The position numbers and the translations under genes were made by a program. This document shows, piece by piece, positions 1 through 10,421 of a stretch of 61,861 bases of DNA. The stretch covers positions 1 through 61,861 of the forward strand of contig MFGB01000008.1 in the NCBI GenBank assembly GCA_001780275.1, given 5' to 3'. This stretch comes from Candidatus Falkowbacteria bacterium RIFOXYA2_FULL_47_19. Its GTDB lineage: Bacteria; Patescibacteriota; Patescibacteriia; Patescibacteriales; UBA12075. Below the pieces are notes generated by a model that ran no database searches, was not told the origin of the DNA, and was given only the letters and a program-made list of their open reading frames with translations. Numbering within the stretch: position 1 is the stretch's first letter; each line of letters begins with the position of its first letter.

Positions 1-2
1 CG

Positions 3-2411
3 ACGCAATTATGCGTCCCTACGGGCGTAAGCATAAACTCGACCGGCTGCCGGAACCTCTCCGTTTCCTGGAACGACGTGTCCGTATCCAATACGAGCTA
101 TAACCTGCATTTCGTTGATGCCGCCGGCGCCCACAGCTTCGACGTTAACGGCCTGGCCGGAACCGCTGATAGCTGGTCGAATAACGCCATGGCGTTCGAC
201 GGCGTCAATTGGACCGTGACCGTCGAGGCCGTCCGGGCCGGATTCGCTTCGGCCGTATCGGCTCCCGCTTCCCGCACGACCGCGGTCTGCACGCCGACCG
301 GTTTTACGGCCGCTATCGACGATTGCGACAGCGTCTCTTTTACCTGGAACGACAATTCGAGCAATGAGGATGGATACCGCGTTTATGGCCAGAATTTAGA
401 CGCGGGCGGCACCGTTTTGCTTTGTACCGCCGGGATAAACGCCACGTCAATCACCTGCAACGGCGTCCGCGACGGGGTCAATTGGACGTTTTACGTCCGC
501 GCTTATAATGTTACAGGAGAGTCGTCTTCATCCAATACCGTCAATAACGCGACCCAGCTCTGCGTTCCCACCGGCCTGGGACTCCTCACTAATTATAGCT
601 GCGGCAGCCACAAAGCCGAATTTCGGTGGACCGATAATTCGGTGAATGAAACCGGTTTTATTCTGCAGAAAAGCCCGGCCGGGGCAGGTGTTTGGTTCGA
701 CACCTGCAATAAAGCCGCGAACCAGACCCAGTGTCTGGAGGCCGAGATCAATCAGATGATACTGGACGGATATGATTTTGACTTCAGGGTTGAAATACAT
801 AACGCCGATTTTACGGGTTATTCGGATATTTACTCCATTAGCTGGGAGCTTTGCGTTCCGACCATGCTCTCCGTCCGGTCGGATAACTGTAATCACCTTT
901 ATGCCCAATGGCAGGATAATTCCATAAACGAAGACGCGACCCGGGTTTATCGCGAAGATGCGGATGACGGTTCCGCGAGCGGCGTGCTTTGTCAGGTACC
1001 GGGAAGCGGAGTTTATGATTTCGGCGGGATTTATTGGTGTGAAGACAGCCAGCCTTCTTTCGAGGAAACGAATTGGAATGTTTCCGCGCAGGCCCTCGAC
1101 GATACGCCGCCCACAGGAACGCACGATTCCCTGATCTCTAATGTTTTATCGACTTATACCACAATCTGTCCGCCGGAAGCACCGCCCGCTGACGTCTCCG
1201 CCGTTCCGGCGAGTTGCCAAAGGATGGACGTAAGCTGGCAGGATACGACGATCAGGGAAACTTATTTCCTGGTCGATCGCGATATGAACGACGGCAACGG
1301 CTGGCAAGTGGTCTGCGATATTGATAGCGCCCCCCATCAGCGGGATGCCGGCACTTATTTTTCCTGCCCCAACATAAATATCGTCCCGGAAGAGGGCCGG
1401 CACATCAATTTCCGGATCGCGGCCTGCAACACTACCGGCTGTTCCGCATCGAGCGCGCCGGATACGATCGGCATAACACCGCTTTGCGCTCCGACCGATT
1501 TTGCCACTTCGTCAGCCGGCTGCAATAATATGAATTACAGCTGGACGGACGCCACACACAACGAAGACAACGGTTTCCGGGTTGAGAAAAGGAACCTTGA
1601 TACCGGCGGCGCCTGGGAATTTTCCTGCGCGGCCGGGGCCATGGAAGCGGCGGGGGCGGAAACCGGACAAACGCAGACCTGCTCGGATAACAGCATGATC
1701 GACGGCACTTACTGGGATTTTCGGGCGAGAGCCGAGAATGCGGATATAGTTTCCGACTGGACCAATATGTCGCCGGGGGCCCTGACCATCCTCTGCGCCC
1801 CGACCAATCTTAGTTCGACCGAGATCAATTGCCTTTCCGATTACGGCGATTGGCTTTTCGAGATCTCCTGGACCAATAACAGCCAGACGAACGACGGTTA
1901 CGAAATTTACCGGGATACCGGCGGCGGTTGGACTTATCTCGATCCCTTGATCGTTCCGAGAAGCGTCACTTCGGTATTCAAGCTCGTGGACGTTGATTCT
2001 ACCTGGGATTACCGGGTCAGGGCCTTTAAAGACGGGATCGCTTCTTCGAGCTGGCTCGGCGATATTGCTTTGACGGCCGGCCCTTACTGCAGCCCGAGGA
2101 GCCTTACCGTCGATGCCGTCAGCTGCGAATGCATAACGCTTTCCTGGAATATCGAAGGCGATACGTCCTCGATCGACCATTTCGACGTCTTGCGTGATAT
2201 CTTCGGCAATCCTTACGGCGCCGACATTATCGATCAGGTAATAGGCACTACCACTCCCGGCGTCATGACCTTCGACGATTGCAACGTTATCTCCGATGTC
2301 GGCGCTTATGTTTATACGATCGTGGCGCAAAACGACGGCCTTAAATCGGCCGACGTGGTCGTGTCCAACCCTTGTCCGACCCTGCCTGTGTGGCAGGAAG
2401 TGGGTTATTAA
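3..2411 (+). CDS. Large Cys-rich surface protein with tandem fibronectin type III-like repeats (5' truncated by window edge)
   Basis: Frame is open from base 3 (TQLCVPTG...SVSWND). Recurring ~100-aa units with CxPT..., WxDNSxNExG[FY] and Y/F-x-V-R-A motifs plus paired Cys; ends NPCPTLPVWQEVGY. Confidence 0.75.
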   Translation, partial: TQLCVPTGVSINSTGCRNLSVSWNDVSVSNTSYNLHFVDAAGAHSFDVNGLAGTADSWSNNAMAFDGVNWTVTVEAVRAGFASAVSAPASRTTAVCTPTGFTAAIDDCDSVSFTWNDNSSNEDGYRVYGQNLDAGGTVLLCTAGINATSITCNGVRDGVNWTFYVRAYNVTGESSSSNTVNNATQLCVPTGLGLLTNYSCGSHKAEFRWTDNSVNETGFILQKSPAGAGVWFDTCNKAANQTQCLEAEINQMILDGYDFDFRVEIHNADFTGYSDIYSISWELCVPTMLSVRSDNCNHLYAQWQDNSINEDATRVYREDADDGSASGVLCQVPGSGVYDFGGIYWCEDSQPSFEETNWNVSAQALDDTPPTGTHDSLISNVLSTYTTICPPEAPPADVSAVPASCQRMDVSWQDTTIRETYFLVDRDMNDGNGWQVVCDIDSAPHQRDAGTYFSCPNINIVPEEGRHINFRIAACNTTGCSASSAPDTIGITPLCAPTDFATSSAGCNNMNYSWTDATHNEDNGFRVEKRNLDTGGAWEFSCAAGAMEAAGAETGQTQTCSDNSMIDGTYWDFRARAENADIVSDWTNMSPGALTILCAPTNLSSTEINCLSDYGDWLFEISWTNNSQTNDGYEIYRDTGGGWTYLDPLIVPRSVTSVFKLVDVDSTWDYRVRAFKDGIASSSWLGDIALTAGPYCSPRSLTVDAVSCECITLSWNIEGDTSSIDHFDVLRDIFGNPYGADIIDQVIGTTTPGVMTFDDCNVISDVGAYVYTIVAQNDGLKSADVVVSNPCPTLPVWQEVGY

Positions 2412-2429
2412 CACCTCTAACAAATCAAG

Positions 2430-2870
2430 ATGAAAATAATCCTTAAAAAAGACGTAAAAAATATCGGGAAAGCCGGAGAGGTTAGGGATGTGAACGACGG
2501 TTATGCCCGTAATTTTCTGCTGCCGCAAGGGCTCGCGGAATCGGCCACGGAAGAATCGCGGATCGCCTGGACCGAGAGAAAGTCTCGGAAAGAAAACAAG
2601 GAAAAGGCGGAAGTGAAAAACAAAAAATCATTGGCCGGAAAAATAAACGGCCGTTTATTTAAAATCACGGCTAAGGCGGACGAAAAAGGAACGCTGTACG
2701 CCGGTTTAGACGCTCGGGCGATTGCGAGCGAATTGGCGAAAAAGAAATTTAAGGTTTCCCCGCAGGAGATAATTTTGCCGGAGAAAATCAAGAAGATAGG
2801 TGATTATACGGTTGAATTGGAGTTGGGCGGCAGGAGAGCAAGGGTTAAATTGGAAATTTTAAGCACCTGA
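2430..2870 (+). CDS. rplI: 50S ribosomal protein L9
   Basis: [29 protein letters not shown] signature; 146 aa. Confidence 0.97.
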   Translation: MKIILKKDVKNIGKAGEVRDVNDGYARNFLLPQGLAESATEESRIAWTERKSRKENKEKAEVKNKKSLAGKINGRLFKITAKADEKGTLYAGLDARAIASELAKKKFKVSPQEIILPEKIKKIGDYTVELELGGRRARVKLEILST

Positions 2871-2917
2871 TATATTCTTTGACCATGATAAGGTATAAGC
2901 TTTCAGGGGTAATACGC

Positions 2918-2969
2918 GAGGACGAAGTCCGCTTAATAAATTCCACCGGCAAAGTCGGTGAATAGTTTT
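2918..2969 (+). repeat. Dispersed ~50-bp double-hairpin repeat, copy 1
   Basis: GAGGACGAAGTCCG..ATTCCACCGGCAAAGTCGGTG..TAGTTT closely matches 52534-52587. Confidence 0.75.
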
Positions 2970-2976
2970 AAAATAA

Positions 2977-4635
2977 ATGAATAAAAGAAATGGAAAAAAA
3001 ATAAACCCTAAATATATCTTCGTCGTGGGCGGCGTGATGTCTTCCGTGGGCAAGGGCGTGGCGGCCGCTTCGGTCGGTAATATACTCCAGTCCAGAGGTT
3101 ATCGGGTGGCGAACATCAAATGCGACATGTACGTCAATATCGATGCCGGCACGATCCGTCCGGCCGAGCACGGGGAGGTTTTCGTCGGCGAGGACGGCAT
3201 CGAAGCCGACCAGGATCTTGGGAATTATGAACGGTTTACCGGAAACGACTGCGTCAGGGATAATTATATTACCACCGGCCAGGTTTACCAGGAAGTGATC
3301 CGGCGCGAACGGAATCTCGAATACGGCGGCGAAGACGTCGAGGTCGTACCCGATATCCCTAACGAGATAATCCGGCGGATAAAACTCTGCCAGGAAAAGA
3401 ACAATGCTGAAATAATGGTAATCGAGTTCGGCGGGACAGTAGGGGAATATCAGCTTCTCCTATTCCTGGAAGCGGCCCGCATGATGAAAGCGAAGGATCC
3501 GCAGGGCGTATTTTTCATAATGGTCAGCTATTTGCCGACTCCGAAGCTATTAGGAGAGCAGAAATCCAAGCCGACCCAATTCGCCATCCGGACGCTTAAC
3601 GCGTCCGGCATCGCTCCGGATTTTATCCTTTGCCGCGCCGACAGGCCCGTTTCTTCCGACATAAAACGCACGATCAGCATCGTTTGCAGCCTTCCGGAGG
3701 AAAGGATAATTTCCGCCCCCGATATCTATTCGATCTACGACGTGCCGGTAAATTTCGAAAAGGAAAATCTGGGCGAAGTCATTCTTAAATCCATGGGTCT
3801 TAAGGCGAAAAAGAAGGATCTGCGGGAATGGATCCGGCTTTCCGGCAAGATCAGGAAAATAACGAAAACGGTCAAAATAGGAATTATAGGCAAATATTTC
3901 AATTTTAAATCCTGCCGCGATACGTACATTTCCGTTATCGAGGCCGTTAATCACGCCGCCTGGAGTGAGAACCGAAAACCGGAGATTCTTTGGATCGATT
4001 CGGAAAAATACGAAAAAGACCGGCGATCTCTCCATGAACTGGACAAACTTGACGGCATAATAGTGCCCGGCGGTTTCGGGAAACGCGGTACGGAAGGCAT
4101 GATCCTGGCGGCCGATTACGCGCGGCGGCGTCGGATCCCTTATTTCGGCCTTTGTCTGGGTATGCAGATATTGACCATCTCTTTCGCGCGGCACGTCCTG
4201 GGCCTAAAAGACGCTAATTCAACGGAAATGGATCCGAAAACGAAAAATCCGGTAATTTGCACGATGGCCGACCAGGTGGATAAGTTAAAGAAAAAGCAGT
4301 ACGGCGGCAGCATGCGCCTGGGCGCCTGTCCGGCTAAATTGGCCAAAGATTCCCTGAGCCACAAAGCATACGGCCGGGCTAAAATTTCCGAAAGACACCG
4401 TCATCGGTATGAATTCAATAATTTCTACCGGGATGACCTGGAAAAGCGGGGATTGAGGATCGCCGGGATCAATACCGATCTCGACCTGGTGGAAATAGTC
4501 GAGGTTAAAGACCACCCCTGGATGGTCGGCGTCCAATTCCATCCCGAATTCAAATCCCGCCCCTTAGACCCCCATCCTTTGTTTTTAACCTTTATGGGCG
4601 CCTGCCTCAAGAACAAGGGCCGAAGAAAAAACTGA
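2977..4635 (+). CDS. pyrG: CTP synthase
   Basis: KYIFVVGGVMSSVGKG, DLGNYERF, PGGFG, GLCLGMQ, ERHRHRYE and QFHPEF motifs. Confidence 0.98.
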   Translation: MNKRNGKKINPKYIFVVGGVMSSVGKGVAAASVGNILQSRGYRVANIKCDMYVNIDAGTIRPAEHGEVFVGEDGIEADQDLGNYERFTGNDCVRDNYITTGQVYQEVIRRERNLEYGGEDVEVVPDIPNEIIRRIKLCQEKNNAEIMVIEFGGTVGEYQLLLFLEAARMMKAKDPQGVFFIMVSYLPTPKLLGEQKSKPTQFAIRTLNASGIAPDFILCRADRPVSSDIKRTISIVCSLPEERIISAPDIYSIYDVPVNFEKENLGEVILKSMGLKAKKKDLREWIRLSGKIRKITKTVKIGIIGKYFNFKSCRDTYISVIEAVNHAAWSENRKPEILWIDSEKYEKDRRSLHELDKLDGIIVPGGFGKRGTEGMILAADYARRRRIPYFGLCLGMQILTISFARHVLGLKDANSTEMDPKTKNPVICTMADQVDKLKKKQYGGSMRLGACPAKLAKDSLSHKAYGRAKISERHRHRYEFNNFYRDDLEKRGLRIAGINTDLDLVEIVEVKDHPWMVGVQFHPEFKSRPLDPHPLFLTFMGACLKNKGRRKN

Positions 4636-4647
4636 GCGATTATTATA

Positions 4648-4687
4648 AAAAACGCAGGAGCGGATGATCATCCGCTCCTGCGTTTTT
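4648..4687. terminator. Bidirectional intrinsic terminator (perfect 40-bp palindrome) between convergent pyrG and rpmA
   Basis: AAAAACGCAGGAGCGGATGA|TCATCCGCTCCTGCGTTTTT with T tails on both strands. Confidence 0.85.
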
Positions 4688-4707
4688 ATATTATCTTTTT
4701 TTTGAAG

Positions 4708-4992
4708 CTATTTCGACGGCTGAATGACGCTTACTATCTTTGAGGTTTTTAGCTGATTGTTGAATTTTTTGAGTTTACGGGTGGTAAATTTAACCAAACC
4801 GGCCACCTGGGCGAATAAGGTGTCATCTTTGCCGATTTTAACGTTTTGGCCGGGGTGATATCTTGTGCCGCGTTGGCGTATGATGATTGCGCCGGCTTTG
4901 GCGTACTGTCCATCGGCTAATTTTACGCCCAAGCGTTGACCGCGTGAATCGCGGCCCAGAGCAGAGGAACCGCCGGATAATTTATGTGCCAT
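4708..4992 (-). CDS. rpmA: 50S ribosomal protein L27
   Basis: [35 protein letters not shown]. Confidence 0.97.
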   Translation of the reverse strand: MAHKLSGGSSALGRDSRGQRLGVKLADGQYAKAGAIIIRQRGTRYHPGQNVKIGKDDTLFAQVAGLVKFTTRKLKKFNNQLKTSKIVSVIQPSK

Positions 4993-5098
4993 ATAGTTAT
5001 TCGTTTCGCTAACCCGAAATTTTTAAATTCCATTATAAATGCGGGACGCGCGAATCATGAATTTAAGTTATTAAATAATTAGTGTTTTCAATATATTT

Positions 5099-5127
5099 AT
5101 GATAACAAATAATCATATTTGTGTCAA
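5099..5127 (-). promoter_or_regulatory. sigma70-type promoter for rpmA
   Basis: Minus strand TTGACA-17 bp-TATCAT with extended TG; a divergent TGGTATAAT lies at 5140-5148 on +. Confidence 0.6.
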
Positions 5128-5223
5128 TAAGATGATTTATGGTATAATATAGAGGCATGAATTATCGGGACGGGGCGAAAAAATAGCCGCCCCTCTAATC
5201 CTTCAATTAACGCCTAAAAGCCT

Positions 5224-5589
5224 ATGTTTTCGCAAAATTTTCTGACCTACGGCCTTAAAATATCCGGAGAGATCGTTAGGGATATCCTGTTTTTCCCGTT
5301 ATGGTGGTATAGCCGCGGCTTAGTTATGTTTTTTAAAAAACTGACTGTTTTTCTTTCCAATAAACAGAAGTCCCTGGCCCTGATCGTCTGGATAAAAAAT
5401 ATTTTTCGCCCCATGTACGGCCAAACCGATTGGCAGGGAAAACTTATAAGTATATTCATGAGGCTTATGCAGATCATAGTGCGCAGTTTCGTCATGCTTT
5501 TCTGGGTGATCATAGCTTTGATATTTTTCTGCGTCTGGATAATCCTGCCGCCTTTCGCGCTGTATGAAATATTTTTTCAGTTTTATTGA
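5224..5589 (+). CDS. Small membrane protein upstream of Clp ATPase
   Basis: 121 aa, FFPLWWYS motif, C-terminal hydrophobic helices; 33 nt before the Clp gene. Confidence 0.7.
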   Translation: MFSQNFLTYGLKISGEIVRDILFFPLWWYSRGLVMFFKKLTVFLSNKQKSLALIVWIKNIFRPMYGQTDWQGKLISIFMRLMQIIVRSFVMLFWVIIALIFFCVWIILPPFALYEIFFQFY

Positions 5590-5622
5590 TATTGAAACCT
5601 ATAAATACGATTAATTTATTCA

Positions 5623-8373
5623 ATGGTAATGCCAGATAAAAAATCCAACCAATTTATCGTTTGTCCGGTATGCGAAGGCATCGGCAGGAATAAATACGGT
5701 ATCAGCTGCGCTAACTGCGGAGGGATGGGATCGGGAAAATTCTATAAAGGAAGATTTTTTTATTGGGGGCTTAATTTAAGCCGGGTGATCATCGAGCTTA
5801 GCCACCTTAGAAAGAAAATACACCAGATATTGAATATCATCGTTTATGTTATCGGCTTAGCCGGTCTTTTAGCATTGGCCGCGTGGGTTTATTCCGTCAG
5901 TAATTCCGCCGATCCGGAAGCTTTCGCTTTTTGGCGGGAAAAGAACGACCTTATTCTTATATTCTGGATAAGCGTTTTTGCCGATATGTTCGTGATATAC
6001 CGCATCAGCGAAGAGGAAAGAAGCCAGCAAAAGATAATGCCGCTTACATACGAAGAAAAGAATCGCAATATAGCCTTGCCTGATAGCTGGGAGGAGATCA
6101 GGAAATTGCCTGGCTGGCGGAGAATAGATGTGTCTAAGGGGCTTGATGTTAACGCCTCGGAAGCCGTCGAACGGGCATTCGTATTGGCCGACAGATTGGG
6201 ACATAAAGTCGATCCTTTGCATGTTTTTATCGTCATTTTGTCAGATAATCAGGTAGCCGCTCTTTTTTCCCGCCTGAACGCCGATGGCGAAAAATTAGCA
6301 GGCAGGGTTAAGCAACAATTAGAAAGAATCGACGCCGTTGAGGGCAGGACGATTTTTTCCGGAATCGCGAAAGAAGCTTTTATAAACTCCTACACGGAGG
6401 CCTTGGATCTTGGCCAAAAAAAGGTTATGGCCAAAAATTTCATCATTTCCTCGATGGAAAAGAACGATATATTGCGCGAAATCCTGTATGATATAGAGAT
6501 CGATCGGGATAAGATAATGAATGTCCTGACTTGGTTCATGGTAAACGAGGGGCTGATCGCCAGCCACCGGGCTTATCGGGCATCAGCGGCTTATAAACCG
6601 GGTTCTAACATGGACCGGGCCTATACTTCAATAGCGACGCCGGCGCTGAATCAGATCGGTTACGACCTTACCGTGGCCGCCAAATGGGGAAGGTTGGAGT
6701 ATTGCGTGGCCAGAAGCGAGGAAATAGAGAGTATCTTCCAGAATTTTGAAAGCGGTGCCCGGGGCGTTATTCTGATCGGGGAGTTGGGGGTGGGCAAGAG
6801 CACTATCGTCGATGGGGTGGCGCAGTTGATGGTAAAAGAAGATGTACCTAAAATTTTCGCGGATAAAAGGCTTATGGAAGTCGATACGGCTCGTTTGATA
6901 AGCGGAGCGACTCCAGCCCAGGCCGAAGGCCGGCTTATGGCGATTATCGATGAAGTGACCAGGGCCGGAAACATCATTCTTTTTATCGACAATATCGAGA
7001 ATCTGATCGGCATAACGAGCGGAAACGAAGAAAGCTTGGATCTATCGGAAGTTTTAGCCGGGGCGATTGAGAGAGGTAATATTTACTGTCTGGCTTCCGC
7101 GACAGCGGCGAATTATACGAAGTTCATTGAAGGAAAATCGCTGGGGGGCATATTGAAAAAAATCGAAATAAAAGAACCGGTCGGCAATCAGGCTATCCAG
7201 ATAGTAGAATCGAAGATCGGGCTAATCGAGGGCCGGTATAAAGTATATTTTTCCTATAACGCCATCGAAGAGGTCATAAAATTATCCAGCCGGTATATTC
7301 ACGATAAGTACTTGCCTGCCAAGGCCATAGAAATATTAGAGTTAGTGGCCGTGCGGGTAGCTAAGAATAAGGGCCCGGAATCCCTGATAACGAAAGATGA
7401 TGCCGCTCAAATCGTCGGAGAGATCACGAATATCCCCGTAGCCAAGCTTACGGAAACCGAAAGCAAGAATTTGCTTAGCCTCGAGGAACGCATCCATGAG
7501 CAGATGATCGATCAGACCACGGCCGTAAAAATGGTAGCCGCGAGCCTGAGAAGGGCCCGGGCCGAACTTAGGGAAGGCAAGCGGCCGATCGCGAATTTTC
7601 TCTTTTTAGGACCGACGGGCGTGGGTAAAACCGAATTGGCCAAAACAGTGGCTAACGTTTACTTCGGCAACGAAAAATGCATGATCCGGCTGGACATGAG
7701 CGAATATCAGCACCCGGACAGTATCAAGAAGATGATCGGAGACGCCGCGGCCGGCATTACCGGTTACCTGACGGAAGCGGTGCGCCGGTCTCCTTTCTCG
7801 CTCGTGCTTTTGGATGAGCTTGAAAAGGCTCATCCCGATATTCTGAACGTTTTTCTGCAGGTCATGGATGACGGCCGGTTGACTGACGGCCAGGGGAGGA
7901 CGGTGGATTTTACCAGCAGTATTATCATCGCGACTTCCAACGTGGGGGCGGTTTATATCCAGGATGAGATATTTAGAGGCACTTCGGTCGAAGAAATAAA
8001 AAGAACCCTTATTAACGAGCACCTGAATAAAGTCCTGCGCCCGGAGCTCATAAATCGTTTTGACGGCGTGATCGTTTTTGAACCTTTAAGCATGGAAAAT
8101 GTTGTCGCGATCGCGCGCTTGATGATAAATAAGATCGCCAAGTTATTGGAGTCAAAAGGTATCGGGTTGAAGGTCGAAGATGAGGGGCTTCGCGTTTTGG
8201 CCAAACTTGGCTTCGACCCGAAATTCGGCGCTCGTCCCTTAAGGCGGTTATTGCAGGAAAGGGTTGAAGATAAGATCGCCAATAAGATCCTGTCCGGAGA
8301 ATTAAAGAGAAGGGATGCCGTGATCATCGATCGGGCCGGCGAAGTATTGACCGAGAAAGCGAAAGCGATCTAG
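5623..8373 (+). CDS. ClpA/B/C-family double AAA+ ATPase with N-terminal Zn-finger and two TM helices
   Basis: Walker A GELGVGKS and GPTGVGKT; RLDMSEY, LLDELEKAH, RPELINRFD, GARPLRR; N-terminal CPVCEGIG/CANCGGMG. Confidence 0.9.
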   Translation: MVMPDKKSNQFIVCPVCEGIGRNKYGISCANCGGMGSGKFYKGRFFYWGLNLSRVIIELSHLRKKIHQILNIIVYVIGLAGLLALAAWVYSVSNSADPEAFAFWREKNDLILIFWISVFADMFVIYRISEEERSQQKIMPLTYEEKNRNIALPDSWEEIRKLPGWRRIDVSKGLDVNASEAVERAFVLADRLGHKVDPLHVFIVILSDNQVAALFSRLNADGEKLAGRVKQQLERIDAVEGRTIFSGIAKEAFINSYTEALDLGQKKVMAKNFIISSMEKNDILREILYDIEIDRDKIMNVLTWFMVNEGLIASHRAYRASAAYKPGSNMDRAYTSIATPALNQIGYDLTVAAKWGRLEYCVARSEEIESIFQNFESGARGVILIGELGVGKSTIVDGVAQLMVKEDVPKIFADKRLMEVDTARLISGATPAQAEGRLMAIIDEVTRAGNIILFIDNIENLIGITSGNEESLDLSEVLAGAIERGNIYCLASATAANYTKFIEGKSLGGILKKIEIKEPVGNQAIQIVESKIGLIEGRYKVYFSYNAIEEVIKLSSRYIHDKYLPAKAIEILELVAVRVAKNKGPESLITKDDAAQIVGEITNIPVAKLTETESKNLLSLEERIHEQMIDQTTAVKMVAASLRRARAELREGKRPIANFLFLGPTGVGKTELAKTVANVYFGNEKCMIRLDMSEYQHPDSIKKMIGDAAAGITGYLTEAVRRSPFSLVLLDELEKAHPDILNVFLQVMDDGRLTDGQGRTVDFTSSIIIATSNVGAVYIQDEIFRGTSVEEIKRTLINEHLNKVLRPELINRFDGVIVFEPLSMENVVAIARLMINKIAKLLESKGIGLKVEDEGLRVLAKLGFDPKFGARPLRRLLQERVEDKIANKILSGELKRRDAVIIDRAGEVLTEKAKAI

Positions 8374-8437
8374 ATAATACGCGCGCCCGGATTTGCCCGC
8401 GCATTGAGCAATGATTTATAATCAGTAATATTTTTAG

Positions 8438-9463
8438 ATGTTATATAATCTCATCATATTTTCAATTTCAACGGTCATAACCCTGGCTTTTAGCATGGCC
8501 GTCAAAAAAATAGCCTTTCGCCTGGATATAATAGACAGACCGGTAGAGGGCAGAAAAATACACGATCGTCCCACGCCGCTTTTGGGAGGAGTGGCGGTAT
8601 TCGCGGCCTTTTTTATCATGCTCTGGCTGGTAAGGGAAAAATTGATCGCGGGCGAGCTTCAGTATGGTCATTGGATCGGTTTTTTCGCCGGTGCTTTATT
8701 GATCATGATCGGCGGCGCCCTGGACGACAAATACGATTTGCCGGCTATAAAACAGGTGATTTTTCCGATGTTAGCTTCGATGTGCGTGATAGCGGGAGGG
8801 GTAAGCATCGAGAAGATCACCAATCCTTTCGGCGGTTTTTTTCATTTCAGCGCGGCGGTATCGGCAGTTTTGATATTTATCTGGCTGATGGGCATGATGT
8901 ACACGACGAAAACGCTGGACGGACTGGACGGGCTCGTAGCCGGAATCACCGCTATCGGCGGCCTGATCATTTTTTTATTTACCACCAGCACTAAATATTA
9001 CCAACCCGATGTCGGCTTGGCCGCTCTGGTGTTAACCGGCGTTTGTCTGGGTTTTTTATTTTTAAATTGGCATCCGGCTAAAATATTTTTGGGTGAAGGA
9101 GGATCGGTCCTTATGGGATTCATTCTGGGCGTACTCGCGATCATTTCCGGCGGCAAAATAGCGATCGCGCTTCTGGTCATGGGTATTCCCATAATGGATC
9201 TGGCCTGGACGATCATCCGCCGCCTGCTCTCCGGCAAAAATCCTTTTAAGTACGCCGACAGGAAACATCTGCATTTTCGGATACTGGACCTGGGATTAGG
9301 CCAGAGAAAAACAGTCTTGATCTATTATGCTCTAGCCGCCGTTTTTGGCTCGAGCGTATTATATCTTCAAAGTTTAGGAAAGATTCTAGCTATGTCCGTA
9401 CTGGTAATATTGATGTTTTTCGTGATAATCGGTTTTTCTTATAAAAAAGACAGCCGATCCTGA
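8438..9463 (+). CDS. Undecaprenyl-phosphate GlcNAc-1-phosphate transferase (WecA/TagO, MraY-like family)
   Basis: RKIH..PTPLLGG, GALDD, DGLDGL, NWHPAKIFLGEGGS, DRKHLH; multi-TM. Confidence 0.9.
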   Translation: MLYNLIIFSISTVITLAFSMAVKKIAFRLDIIDRPVEGRKIHDRPTPLLGGVAVFAAFFIMLWLVREKLIAGELQYGHWIGFFAGALLIMIGGALDDKYDLPAIKQVIFPMLASMCVIAGGVSIEKITNPFGGFFHFSAAVSAVLIFIWLMGMMYTTKTLDGLDGLVAGITAIGGLIIFLFTTSTKYYQPDVGLAALVLTGVCLGFLFLNWHPAKIFLGEGGSVLMGFILGVLAIISGGKIAIALLVMGIPIMDLAWTIIRRLLSGKNPFKYADRKHLHFRILDLGLGQRKTVLIYYALAAVFGSSVLYLQSLGKILAMSVLVILMFFVIIGFSYKKDSRS

Positions 9464-9465
9464 TT

Positions 9466-9834
9466 ATGAAATTATTCATACGCGCCTATATTTTATTCTG
9501 CTGGGTCGGGACGATCTTCATTCTGATCGCCTGGCCGATGCCGGAATACGAAGGAACGGTTACAACCTATTACGATAAAGCGGCCCACGCCCTGCTGTTC
9601 GGAGTGCTTTCTTTCCTGATCTTTTCTTTTTTATCGGAATTTAAGAGGATCAACGCGCTTTTCGCCATATTGTCTAGCTTTGTTTTGAGTGCTCTTTATT
9701 CCGCATTCTGCGAGTACGTGCAATCATTCGTACCCGGCCGGGACGTTTCACGATACGATCTTTTCGCCGGACTTAGCGGCGCGGCTTTAGCCTGTATCTT
9801 TGCTTATGGAAAATCAATCGTCAAAAAAAGCTGA
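9466..9834 (+). CDS. VanZ-family membrane protein
   Basis: DKAAHALLFG and EYVQSFVPGR..S.YDL motifs. Confidence 0.85.
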   Translation: MKLFIRAYILFCWVGTIFILIAWPMPEYEGTVTTYYDKAAHALLFGVLSFLIFSFLSEFKRINALFAILSSFVLSALYSAFCEYVQSFVPGRDVSRYDLFAGLSGAALACIFAYGKSIVKKS

Positions 9835-10357
9835 ATTACTGCTGCATATCTGTTGTATCGGCTGTGGTGCCTATGTTGGAAAAATGTTGGATGAAGAGTT
9901 TTCTGTCAGTTTATTTTTTTATAATCCGAACATCTATCCGGAGATTGAATATAAAAAGAGACTGGAAGAGATCGAAAGAATAGCCAAGCATCTTTCCCTG
10001 CCGCTCTATCTTGGAGCGTATGAGCACCGGTCATGGCTCGAGAGCGTTCGCGGACATGAAACCGATAAAGAAAAAGGGGAGCGCTGCCTGATCTGTTATC
10101 GGGAGAGGCTCCGGGAAACGGCTAAAATGGCCCAGGAAAAAAAAATTGGATTTTTTTCAACTACTTTGACAATAAGTCCGCATAAAGATGCCCGGGCGAT
10201 CAGCGGAATCGGCTCGGATCTTTCCCTTAAATATAATGTGAAATTTCTTGACCGTGATTTTAAGAAACAAGATGGCTTTAAAAAATCAGTGGCCCTGTCC
10301 CATGATCTGGGTTTATACAGGCAGAATTATTGCGGTTGCGAATTTAGCCGGCGATAA
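9806..10357 (+). CDS. queH: Epoxyqueuosine reductase QueH (DUF208)
   Basis: LLHICCIGC, FYNPNIYP, RCLICY, FSTTL.ISPHK, YRQNYCGCEFS. Confidence 0.92.
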   Translation: MENQSSKKAELLLHICCIGCGAYVGKMLDEEFSVSLFFYNPNIYPEIEYKKRLEEIERIAKHLSLPLYLGAYEHRSWLESVRGHETDKEKGERCLICYRERLRETAKMAQEKKIGFFSTTLTISPHKDARAISGIGSDLSLKYNVKFLDRDFKKQDGFKKSVALSHDLGLYRQNYCGCEFSRR

Positions 10358-10421
10358 CCGGTGTTGATTTGCTTTCCGCGGGTAAAAAATGTTATAATAA
10401 ACGCACCGGTAAAGATATAAT

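Noticed and set aside
528-2528. Long antisense ORFs (198 aa, 338 aa) and similar shadow ORFs elsewhere
   Set aside because: They lie opposite well-supported genes and have no recognisable motifs; codon-bias shadows.
2860-2969. GAGGACGAA as part of a hammerhead ribozyme
   Set aside because: The CTGAnGA core and GAAA are not present in the required arrangement.
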